DNA of 64,000 bases from Podarcis vaucheri (lineage: Eukaryota), in assembly GCA_965113315.1 (NCBI GenBank), contig OZ220382.1, one strand, 5' to 3'. Shown here one piece after another: positions 12,870 to 23,744 of the stretch (within the stretch, counting starts at the first letter, position 1; each line of letters starts with the position of its first letter). Below the pieces are notes generated by a model. That model did not search any database and had not been told where the DNA came from. It saw only the letters and a program-made list of their open reading frames with translations. A program made the translations under genes and the position numbers.

Positions 12870-13640
12870 TTGAGTACTTCTTCACACAAAGCACTCATGG
12901 ACACCAACTTAGATGACGTCAGAAGAGGCTTAGACAAATTCATGGAGGATAATGCTAACAAAGGCTACTACACTTTGCCTTCATGGTAAGGCTTCTGAAT
13001 ACCTCTCAGGCTTCAGGAACTTGGCTTCCTCCCCTCTTTGGCAGTAGATAAGCAGAACAAAGAGAAATAAGTCTCTTACCAGTTAGAATTTTTAATCACA
13101 GTGAGAGAACAAAAAATCCATTCCTAGGAATGAAGGTGCTCCCAATTAAGGGCTCCACCCACTTCCTCCCTAGTCACCCACATCACTACCACGTCTTGCA
13201 ACCTGATCTCATGGCCACTGTGCTTTCTGTGCTGCCACCTTATCTGCTCTTCTTGACCTTGGGCTCAGCAAAAGTGAGTCTGTTAACTCTCCCAGCTCTC
13301 CTCCTCCTAGCTGTTCCCCATCCAGTACTTCCCAGCTTCTGCCTTCTGAACTATGTCCCTCTGCAAACCACTGTTCCAAATCTATACTGTCCTCCAGCTC
13401 CTGGGAAGATTCAGCATCCTGATCAGAGGAGGGGGAGCTTCCCACCATTACTCCTCAGTGCAGCCCTCCTCAGCGTGGTCCCTGACAATACCAGTTGCTG
13501 GAAAGTGCAAGAGTGGACTGTGCTCTTGTGCTCAGGGCTTGCTTGAGTGTTTCCCATAGACATCTGATTGTCCACTGTGAGAAAAGGATGCTGGAGTAGA
13601 GGATCCATTGGTCAGATCCAGCAGGCTCTTCCTGTGTTGT
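12870..13640 (+). mobile_element. CR1 LINE 3' fragment (ORF2 end plus 3' UTR), split by a solo LTR
   Basis: Encodes a degenerate ..RRGLDKFMEDNANKGY C-terminus; 3' UTR GCTTCTGAATACC|AGTTGCTGG rejoins across the LTR; tail GATCCAGCAGGCTCTTCC. Confidence 0.75.
13004..13487 (-). mobile_element. Solo LTR (484 bp) of an LTR retrotransposon or ERV
   Basis: Ends T(C)TCAGG...CCTGACA (degenerate TG...CA inverted ends); 5-bp TSD ATACC at 12999-13003 and 13488-13492; ATTAAA near the minus-strand 3' end. Confidence 0.8.
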
Positions 13641-14329
13641 TATCAGATCCTGGCTTGGATGAACTACACTGGCAACTGCAACCGATTCTACTTTATAGGG
13701 ATCTCTTTACATGCACCTGAATGAGCTCTTTAGGGAAAGGGCAGGATAAAAATGCAATGCATAAAAAATAAAACACACCATGCAGTTATCCATATTTAAA
13801 AGCTGTGTTTTAAACATCCACAGTATAACAACTCCTAATAAAGCACATCCACACGTAGTAATTGTGTTACTCATAAGCCCCTTTTTAGTCTGTGGGTACA
13901 CAGCAAATTCACAAGAAAGTACGTAGATTATGCAGCACGCCCATTGAATGAGAGCCAACCTCCCACTGAGTTAATAGACTCCAGCAGTTTGTAACATGCT
14001 GTTACCATCCCGTCAATATCAATACACCACAATAATTACGTTTCCCTGATATGCAGCGATGCGATAGAGCGTAACATCTCTCCTGCTTTCAGGAGAATTC
14101 CTGCTGCCCTAGGCATAACAGAAAATGACTCCCTCTTTCTGTTAGAACAATTTCCTACCTGATTTTCTTTTGCCCTGGGCAACTGCTTTGCCTGTCCAAA
14201 GAAAAGAAGGCGTTATAGGGACACAGGGCATAAAATTATCTATCTGACCGTCTGGGACAGTTATTTGCAGATGAATGCCATTTCATGATTGTTCTTTATA
14301 CAAGCCAAAAGTATCTCAACCGGTCAGCT

Positions 14330-14425
14330 CAATTCAAAAAGTATATTGTTGAACTGGAAAATGTAAAAAAATGGGAGGCAAATAAGATTATTTTTCTTGC
14401 TGCCCACTATGAAAAATTACATTTA
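14330..14425 (+). mobile_element. CR1 ORF2 fragment
   Basis: Translates KKYIVELENVKK..HYEKL, resembling the CR1 ELE.VQ.RAT..YEERL motif. Confidence 0.5.
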
Positions 14426-14509
14426 TTTGTTTTATTTCATAAAATTTCTAAACTGTTTGGGGGAGAGACCCTAAAAATGGCACATAACTTCATATAACTT
14501 ATGTCATTA

Positions 14510-14711
14510 AGTTTCTGTGTGCTCTGGCACTCATCGTGGTACTTCATGCACCAGAAGTGGTTTAGTCATGCTGGTCACATGACTGGGAAAGCTGTCTGTG
14601 GGCAAATGCCGGCTCCTTTGGCCTGAACCGCAGAGATGAGAGTTGCACCCCATAGTTGCCTTTGACTAGACATGACCATCTGGGGGTCCTTTACCTTTAC
14701 CATTTTACCTA
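14510..14711 (+). mobile_element. Sauria SINE, 3' half
   Basis: TTAGTCATGCTGG..CATGAC core and (TTTACC)n tail; degenerate 9-bp TSD ATGTCATTA/ATGCCATTA. Confidence 0.8.
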
Positions 14712-14879
14712 ATGCCATTATATAAATTATGCTTTCAGTACATTATTTCACCCCACTCATTTCAATGCAAAAGAAATGTAATGGAAATTGTGGGAGGGGG
14801 ACAAAATCAATGATATAGCATTTGCAGACTGAAAGCAACCACAACAGTGAATGCAGATCGTATTGAATAGTAGGCTCAT

Positions 14880-15138
14880 GGCACGAGTGGCGCTGTGGTC
14901 TAAACCACAGAGCCTAGCATGTCAAAGTGCAAGTAGATAAATAGGTACCACTCTGGCGGGAAGGTAAATGGCGTTTCTGTGTGCTGCTCTGGTTCACCAG
15001 AAGCAGCTTAGTCATGCTGGCCACATGACCTGGAAGCTGTACGCCGGATCCCTCGGCCAATAAAGCGACATGAGCACCGCAACCCCAGAGTCGTCTGTGA
15101 CTGGACCTAATGGTCAGGGGTCCGTTTACCTTTTACCT
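14880..15138 (+). mobile_element. Sauria SINE with internal deletion
   Basis: GTGGCGCTGTGG head, AAGTAGATAAATAGGTACC core, TTTACC tail; lacks the B-box region present in 44147-44492. Confidence 0.9.
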
Positions 15139-15276
15139 ATAATTGTAGAGTTGGAAAGGACCACAAGGGTCATCTAGTCCAATCCCATGTAATGCAGGAA
15201 TATTTCACCCAAACATGGGCTCAAACCCATGACGCTGAGATTAAGAGTCTCATGCTCTACTGACTGAGCTGTCCCA
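15139..15276 (-). mobile_element. tRNA-Lys(CTT)-derived SINE with CR1 3' tail
   Basis: Minus strand AGCTCAGTCAGTAGAGCATGAGACTCTTAATCTCAG..GGGTTTGAGCCC (tRNA-Lys-like) followed by GGACTAGATGACC..TTCCAACTCTAC. Confidence 0.8.
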
Positions 15277-15279
15277 ACC

Positions 15280-16040
15280 TCTCCACCTATGATGAAATGT
15301 GACAATGTTTGGGGCTATTTAGTTTAGAGAAAGGTAACATCAATCAATCAATTCAATTGCATTTATGAATCGCTTCCCATAAAATACCTGGATGGAAGTG
15401 ATTTCACAGTAACCGCAATGAACAAAAAACAAAGCAAAAAAAATCATATTTAAAATCAATTTCAAATTCAATACAGAAACAGACTGAGATAAAGATCTCC
15501 ATTTAAAAGCTTATTGAAAGGGAACATAGGTGCCCAAAACTCAATAGAGACAGCCTGTGCCTGATAGATGGAGTTCCCATTAGAGATGTATAAATCTATG
15601 CATGTTGTGAGAAAGTGGGTAGAGAGATACATTTTCTCCTTCTCTCATAATACTAGAACCTGGTAGAGCCACCCATTGAAGCTGTTGAAAGATCCAGGAC
15701 AGACAAAGGAAAGGTCATTTTTACAAAGCCCATATCAAACTATGGCATTTGTTTGCACAAAATGTAGCAATAGTCAGATTAGATATATTTTAAAATGGAT
15801 GAGGGGAGAATCATGGAAGATAAGACTACTAGAGGCTCCTAACCATGGTGGCTAAGCTCTGCCTTCACTCTTGGAGGCAGTATTGTCTCTGAATACCAGA
15901 GGAGTCACAATTGGGGAGAGTGCTGTTGCGCTCAGGTCCTGGTTGTAGGCTTCTCATAGGCATATGGTTGGCTGCTGTGAGAAGAGAACATTGGACTAGA
16001 GATATTGGACTCCATTCCACCAGGGTTCTTCTTATGTCCT
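15280..16040 (+). mobile_element. CR1 LINE 3' fragment interrupted by an antisense L2-like fragment (~15340-15578)
   Basis: LGLFSLEK motif, degenerate ORF2 end, and a 3' UTR similar to 12870-13640 and ~11190-11310. Confidence 0.7.
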
Positions 16041-17454
16041 TAAAAGGCAGAGGTTGTTTTCGTCATTCAGAGGAATGCTTGTCCCTGCATCTACCTGATT
16101 TGTTATCTGCTGAACCCTCCTCCAATTAACCCCAACATTTGCAGTGTGGCAGGTGGCAAACAGGGACGGAGCATTTTTGGTTGTGGCTAGAGATGCAAAT
16201 CTTGATAAAACTGACATGAATCAGCAGTTCCTGGAGGAATATGAGGACTGGAAGATTCTGCGCATCTCAAAATTCTGCGATGCAATACTTGGCTCAAAAA
16301 ATCAACCAAGATGTCTGTCTAAATGTACATGCTTAGCTAAAATACTGAATGTCGAGAAATTATATTTGTATTCCACCAAAAACTGAGTTAAGAGATGGTG
16401 TTTGCTTATGGTAACCCAATAAGCTTCAGAGCTGGTGTGGGTATTTGAAACCAGGTGTTCCCAGTGCAGGTCCATCACCCTTTTCATTAAAGTACAGTGT
16501 TCCATTTTAGACTGTTCTATCCTTTCTAAGTATAAACCAGGGATGGTGTTCTTATGGCTCTCCATACATTGTTGAACCAATCAGCTACAGCCAGCGCAAT
16601 GGGCCAGGGATTATGGAAGATGGAGTCCAACAACATTTGGAGGGCCACAAATTCTACACCCTGGTATAAACAACACAGAGACTCAATAAATTGTATATGA
16701 TAATAACTTACTGTGGAAATAACTTTCAGTAAATGCAACAAACCTCTTCCCTGTTACATGTTTTAAAATGATGAAAGGTATGAACATTTTAATCCCAACA
16801 GCACTGAAAACAAAATTGAAAGAATATTAAGAGTGGTGGGATTCTTATTTTACTAATTTTCATAGTGTTTCCTGTTTTTAAAAGTCATATTCATTTCCAG
16901 TGACAACAACAAAATCCAGGCTTTTGTAATAGTCTTGTGGTGGGAAGAAGTGTATGTAAAAATTCACTCTCAGAAGACAGAATTTAGTCTGTGATCCAGA
17001 GAGTCAATTAGGTGTGAGAGCATTTCTAAGGAGAAACCAAAGGGAGATAGTGCACATCTGAGATGACAACATTCAAAAGGGAAAAACTATTGCAGCCCAT
17101 GCGTGCTCTTTCACTTTTGAAACTAGCTATTTGTATGTTTCAGATTGGTTTGTAGTTAGCCTGTGAAGCTTTCAGAGACTGTCTCTCCCTAACCTCAAAG
17201 TTTCAAGGCCATCAAGTGGCAGAATCTAGGCCATGAGTGAATGCAAGAGTCTTCTGGCCAGGCAGCCCATCCTTTTAAGAATCCATAAGAATCCAAGAGT
17301 TTTGAAATGCATATTGAGTTTCTATGGCAACATAAAACCCCTACATTCTTATAATCAGAAGCTGGGTTTCCACTGATACTGGCGCGAGAGCTACACAGGT
17401 TCAATCATTTGTTCAAGAAATAGAACTACAATCCCTATTTTATTTGGGGGGGCA

Positions 17455-18275
17455 TTTGCAGTGAGGCCAAGGTCACTGGGGCAGGGGCACATGAAGAAAT
17501 AAAATGACATGACAACATGTCGGGATCAAAATGGCTCAACTTTTATTGATTACAGATGTCAGTAGGCTTTGGCATAGGCAATTGGTATGTATCCTGAGTC
17601 AACCACCCCGATTGCAGGCTAATTACTTCACTAGGGTCAATCCTGAATTAAGAATCCCCATAAGATGCACATCAAATATGGGCAACCCCTCCAGGATAGC
17701 AGTAGGGGGGTTCCATGGCCTGTTAGCCCCTGTCTGGGCATTCAGATAGAACCCTTCCCTTTGGATCCCTTTACTGGGGTACCCTGATACTTTGATCAGG
17801 AAGAGAGGGTCATAGCTCCGTCCCACCCCCTCTGTTTAGACTAAGGATTCAACTCAATGTTTTTTCCCAAGTTGCTGTGAGCTAAGCAAACCCCTCCAAA
17901 CTAGCCCAATCCTCCCAGGACCCAAATACAGCAGCCAAGTAACTTCACAGCAAAGTCATGCACATGTGTTGCCTGCTTAACATCCGGCAGGGCCAAACTT
18001 TCGGGGTGGGCAGGTAGAACATCTGTTGCTGACTGTACTGCTGAAGACAAGGGCAGCCAGTTTAAATGGGCTGGAGATGGACCTGAGTAAAGCCAGGTAC
18101 AGGTAGGCTTCAAGCAGGTCTACCCTAAAAGGACCACCCCCTAAATTGGCTATCATTGGCCCATTTAAATTTAAATTGAACTAGAGCCTCAAAACTCCAC
18201 ATTGTCAGCCAAGTCTAATGACAATGCCAGCCAGTCACATAGGGAGTTTTTCAGGCCTCCCCCCGCCACTTGCCA
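17455..18275 (-). mobile_element. Divergent ~0.8 kb structured non-coding element (copy E1), putative DIRS/Ngaro-like derivative
   Basis: Shares motif order with 28708-29654 and 40045-40845: CAACTTTTATTGATTACAG, TAGGCAATTGG, GGATCCCTTTACTGGGGT hairpin, GAGGGT/ACCCCCTC hairpin, AAGTTG, GGGTGGGC; boundaries approximate. Confidence 0.55.
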
Positions 18276-18558
18276 GCAGTTGCAGCAGCAGCCGTCACCG
18301 CAAAGATGGTGAGTGGTCTTTTTCTTAGATAAATAGAACACGCGTGTGTGCATCTGTTTGTCCTCTCTCTCAAGCTTGTTTTATTCAGATTTCTACAGAA
18401 AGGAAAGAAACCCAAACTAAGCAATGGAAACTGAAACCCAATAGCTCCCAAATACACAAAACTACCATATAAACTTAAAATAAGCTGTACTTCCACCTAG
18501 AATAGTAAGAATGGTGCATTAACAACAATTTTCGAGGTAGACTTATACGGAAAAATCC

Positions 18559-18698
18559 NNNNNNNNNNNNNNNNNNNNNNNNNNNNNNNNNNNNNNNNNN
18601 NNNNNNNNNNNNNNNNNNNNNNNNNNNNNNNNNNNNNNNNNNNNNNNNNNNNNNNNNNNNNNNNNNNNNNNNNNNNNNNNNNNNNNNNNNNNNNNNNN
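18559..18698. other. Assembly gap (140 N)
   Basis: Run of n. Confidence 1.
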
Positions 18699-19004
18699 AT
18701 GGTTGTTGATATGCCCTCCAACTTTAGATTATTAAATATTAAACAATATTTTACAGGTAAGTAACTTCAGGGCAGGGACAGCCAATGTAATGCCATCAAG
18801 ATGCTGCTGGACTTCACCTCCCATCATTCCCAACCAGCATGGCCAATAGCTAGGGAATATGGGAGTTGGAGCACCACAACCCCTGAAGGACACCACATAG
18901 TCTACCTCTTCTGATGGCTATCTGGCCCACCAAGACTTTCCTTGTGTTTTCCACTGGGTCAGGCTGAAAGTTGTGTGAAAAACTGGAGTGCCAATACCTA
19001 TGAT

Positions 19005-19369
19005 GGGACGCGGGTGGCGCTGTGGGCTAAAGCCTCAACGCCTAGGGCTTGCCGATCGAAAGGTCGGCGGTTCGAATCCCCGCGGCGGGGTGCGCTCCCG
19101 CTGTTCGGTCCCAGCGCCTGCCCACCTAGCAGTTCGAAAGCACCCCCGGGTGCAAGTAGATAAATAGGTACCGCTTACCAGCGGGAAGGTAAACGGCGTT
19201 CCGTGTGCGGCTCTGGCTCGCCAGAGCAGCGATGTCACGCTGGCCACGTGACCCGGAAGTGTCCCCGGACAGCGCTGGCCCCCGGCCAATAAATGTGAGA
19301 TGGGCGCACAAACCCCACAGTCTGTCAAGACTGGCCCGTTCGGGCAGGGGTACCTTTACCTTTACCTTT
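19005..19369 (+). mobile_element. Full-length, young Sauria SINE (divergent subfamily)
   Basis: A box TGGCGCTGTGG, B box GGTTCGAATCC, (TTTACC)3 tail, perfect TSD AATACCTATGAT, CpGs retained. Confidence 0.95.
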
Positions 19370-21659
19370 AATACCTATGATGGAAAATGTTACTGTTTTT
19401 CAAAATAACAGCTCTCTTCTGACACCCCTAACAGGAAATATGCTTCCAATGACTTGCTTTTTAGATCACAATAATGTGGTGTTAAAACCATGACTTCCCT
19501 GAAAGGTCAGTTTCACTTAACAGCAAATTTACTCATTACTGAAGTTCTGCAGGGCACTTGATTGTTAACAGAACGACACCTGTGTAGAATATTGCGAGCC
19601 ATGCCACACAAAGAACAGTATAAAACCATGGACCAAAAGTATTTATGTGAGCCAGAAATGAACCCATATGGCTGATATTTTGAGAGTCATCATCTAAAGT
19701 TTCCCTTCGATTTCACCATAAATGGCTCCCTTCTTCTTCATCATACATACTGCCTGACATTTATCTCAAACCCTTCCACATAGCTAAAGTACATGTTATT
19801 TACTGTTATCAGAAACAAAATGTAGGATCTGCAGTACACGTTACCATGTAATTACCATTGCCTGAAGCACGTTGCCATGCACTTTCCTGGGGAAATGATG
19901 TGTTATTTTCACAGTAACTATGTAATTAGGAATTTTCTCTCTATACCTACAGCAGGAACACAGCTTTGAGATTTAACAAAGATTGTTACTTAGAACAACT
20001 CTGTTCTGTATTGATAGGGATGCCATATCAACACTATTATGAGAATAAGATAAAGTTCTGAAATCCTGTGAAGTTAACACAGAAACTATTATCCTTTGTC
20101 AAAATTGGAGTGTATATTCAATTGAATTGTTTTTAATGAGAAGCACAACTGGAGAAAGTAATTGTTAGTAATTGTTACACATAAGCACCACTACTTCTAT
20201 ATTTCCTCCTTTATCAAGCTCTTTGCACGCCTGTAACCAGAGCTCTGTGTGTGTTTATGTGTGTAATAATGTGAGAACACACAGTGTGACCTGGAAGTAT
20301 TTGTGTTCATCAGAACATCTGAATACAGGGATTTCTGCCTCACAGTTCCTCTGGAACTTCTGTAATAATTGCAGGGATTATTGCACCTTCAGCATACAGG
20401 GCATGGTCTTCTTTCAAGGTTTTTAGATCTGGTGGTGGGACTCACCTGAATACCTCTCCTTCTGGGGACTCAGGAGCATTATGTAAACTACAAAAATCAT
20501 AAATTGCCAAATGCTAACCTCATGCCACTTAAGTAGTAAGAATTCTAAAGTGTCTGACAAAAGATAAGAAAACTATTGGTGCTGTGTCTTTGTAACAAAG
20601 TTGATTGCAGATTGGTGAGTCTTTGTAAGATGGCAAAGTGAAAAGAAGAAGAGACTGTAAGGACAGTGATGCAGGTGAAAGCTGACACGCAGGAAAGAGA
20701 AATCTATGTTTCTGTCATGATAGCTTTGATGGAGTGTGTTCGTGATGAAACAGTAAAATCAAATGAAAAAGAAATTCAAGATAAAATGTGCCTGATTAAA
20801 GCTGTGCTCAGTTCTAATACTGCCTTGTAAACTGTTTCTTCCTCCTCCCCATGCAACATAACCTATAGGGAGTACTTTTAAAATGGTAGGACCACTTATG
20901 CTCTCACTTATTCTCACAAGACCTTGCTGTACAATTCGATGCATCTTCCTCAGAGAAATAAAGATAAGAAAGAGCAGCTCACGTGCCTCTCCAGAAGTGT
21001 GTCGCTAGAGCAACTGCATCTGCTTCTGTCCTTTTCATTTTTGTTCAGTAGATGCAATTGTTTAAGGATAAGTCTCAGATACAGCAGGGTGAACTTCTGC
21101 ACTCAGATGCTCTGAGGATAATTTATGCATGCATCCTGCAAAAGAAGACCCTTGAAGCCCATAATTTAAAGCACATCCAAATTATGTGCCATAATTTAAA
21201 GCACATCCAAAATAATTCTGGGAACTGTAGCTCACACCCACACACCCTAGAGTTTGCAGCACCCTTAACTCCATTTCCCTGGATTATTTGGGGGAGAGAG
21301 CATGCTTTAAATATGCTTTAATAGAAAGCTGATTAACACCACCAAAATTTTGACTCATCTAGCTCAATAATGTCTACACCAACTTTCCCAAACGTAGTGC
21401 CTTCCAGATTCTAACTCCCATAAGTCCCATTCATCACTAGCCAATAGTTAAGAACAGGCTCGTAGGGGGCTGGGGGCAGCTGGGTACACTTGCTGTGGGC
21501 CTTGGAAGACTAAGGCAGCCAAGGGGCCCACCAGGAGTCTGCTGGACTTGCACTGTCATGCCAAGAACAAGATTCCTGTCCTGGGCCTCAGACAAGCTCT
21601 ACATGGGCCTGGCTAAGAATGATGAAAGTTGGCATTCAAAACAGCTGGAGAACCACAGG

Positions 21660-21790
21660 TCTACATAGACTGGCAGTGGCTCTCTAAGGTTTCAGACAAG
21701 CCCTTCCCAACCCTTACCTGGGAGAAGCCAAGAATTGACTCTGGATCCTTTTGCATTCAAATCATGTGTTGTAACTAAGAGTTGGAGCTC
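21660..21790 (-). mobile_element. tRNA-derived SINE (Squam3-like), 5' portion; tail at ~21350-21380
   Basis: Similar to 7255-7443; split by nested MITEs. Confidence 0.5.
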
Positions 21791-23252
21791 TTTATCTCAA
21801 TGAAGGTGGCAGTCTTCAAATGAGGACCAATCAGCAGGAAAGTACAGGAAGAGCAAGTTATCCTCACAAGGTATGGTATCTCACAACAAGGGGATCAGGA
21901 CCCCCCCCCTATTTAAAGTCTCTATCCAATGTGATGTAAAATTAGTCAGCTGTTACCATTTCTAGCCCCAAAATGAAGGTATTTCTGGAGTTTTCTGGCG
22001 TTCTGAGTCAACCAGATAACAATGGTGTGTTTGTGCATGTGTGTGTGAATGTTTGTGCATGTGAATGAGACTAGGACATACTATACCTAAATATTTTGCT
22101 CATTTTTAGAGCCATCTGCCATTTTCTGCTTAAATATTTACAGTATTTAGGTTCATTGCGATATTTCTTCTTCCCATGAATGCCTGTTGACCTTCAGGTG
22201 TGAAGATTAGTAATATGGAATGCATCATATCACTATCCAGCTCATCTAGAGAGTTTCTCAAGAGCATCTGGTTGGTCACTGTCAATATAAAAGATGCTAC
22301 ACTTATGTGGACACTTGACTGGACCCAGCTGTACAGCTCCCATGTGATAAAAAGGATACCAGTTCATGAAAAGCATCAACACTAGTCATATCCTGGGGAA
22401 AACAATTTAGCTGAACAACACACCTCTCTCATAACAAGCCTAGACAACTTAATAGCTGCAATTGCCAAGCAAAATGACTCAGGTAGCTACTTTTCTAAAA
22501 TAATAATAATAACAAATCCACACTTCATCATTAGAAAAAGGTGTTAAATCCAAGTCAACTAGCATTAATGTCACTGTGACATCTTTGCTTCCTCTCAACC
22601 AATAAGAAGCTGTCTGCTGCATACTAATTAATTATTCATTGAAAAACAATTACATGTGGATTCAGAATAGAAGCCAAAGTAACAGGTACCAAAATGAATT
22701 TCCAGTGCATTTCAGGGTACTTTAGACAACTGAGCCATATGCATCTCAAGTTTGCACCATAATAGTTTGGTCTTTACTTAAGCACCTGTAAGAAACCCAT
22801 GCATTCCTAGTCAAAAATACATCCCACTGAGTTCAATAATACTTACTCCCAAGTAAGTGCATGTAGGATTGAAACCTATGTTGCATGCCACTCTGGCCTA
22901 GCCAGCCCCCTAGATCAGTAAATGAACCCCAGAAATAAGCTGACAGGACCTTTGAAGTCCTAACAAAAGGGGTTCCAAAGGGAAGTATTACCTGATGTCA
23001 CTACGGCATCAGGTGATTGTTGGGTGCAGAAGGGAAGTGGAAGGAGCTATGGGGACTGGCTGGGGGTAGGAGGAGCTGGGGGAATGTCAGGGGGGGCAAG
23101 GTGTAAAGGGTGGGGTTGTTGGGATAGCAGGTAGGGGTTTAGCAAGCAAGTGGTAGGTGGAGTCGACAAGCAATACTAGTGGGGGGGGGTAGGCCCTAGT
23201 AATACATTTAAAAACCCGTGACTGCAAATCTAAACCCAGTTTTCTGGGAATA

Positions 23253-23512
23253 AAAAGGTAAAGGACCCCTGGATGGTTAAGTCCAGTCAAAGGTGACTAT
23301 GGGATTACAGCGCTCATCTTGCTTTCTGGCTGAGGGAGCCGTCCACAGACAGCTTTCTGGGTCATGTGGTCAGCATGACTAAACTGCTTCTGGTGCAACG
23401 TGACACTGTGACAGAAGCCAGAGCTCACGGAAACGCCATTTACCTTCCCACCACAGAGGTACCTATTTATCTACTTGCACTGACGTGCTTTCAAACTGCT
23501 AGGTTGGCAGGA
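23253..23512 (-). mobile_element. Sauria SINE, 5'-truncated
   Basis: AAAGGTAAAGG tail; GGTACCTATTTATCTACTTGCAC core. Confidence 0.85.
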
Positions 23513-23553
23513 GTAATCCCCATTGCACCCAATTGGACTTACTTTTGAGTCAA

Positions 23554-23744
23554 CATAGAATCATAGAATCATAGAGTTGGAAGAGACCACAAGGGCCATC
23601 GAGTCCAACCCCCTGCCAAGCAGGAAACACCATCAGAGCACTCCTGACATATGGTTGTCAAGCCTCTGCTTAAAGACCTCCAAAGTAGGAGACTCCACCA
23701 CACTCCTTGGCAGCAAATTCCACTGTCGAACAGCTCTTACTGTC
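23554..23744 (-). mobile_element. CR1 LINE 3' end (young subfamily)
   Basis: (CATAGAAT)n equals the (ATTCTATG)n CR1 octamer tail; minus strand reads ..TVRAVRQWNLLPRSVVESPTLEVFKQRLDNHMSGVL*. Confidence 0.85.

Noticed and set aside
15200-15276. Apparent tRNA-Lys gene
   Set aside because: Degenerate acceptor stem and fused to a CR1 tail, so a SINE head; the same applies to tRNA-like heads at 7400, 28612 and 44661
16144-16386. Protein-like ORF (..FLEEYEDWKILR..)
   Set aside because: Non-ATG start, no recognisable family, no clear donor; part resembles the degenerate hAT-like repeat
18497-18721. ORF spanning Ns
   Set aside because: Artefact of the assembly gap
18942-19408. Overlapping ORFs with CFRTARLAGAG-like text (also 23366, 25909, 38709, 44138)
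   Set aside because: Chance translations of Sauria SINEs
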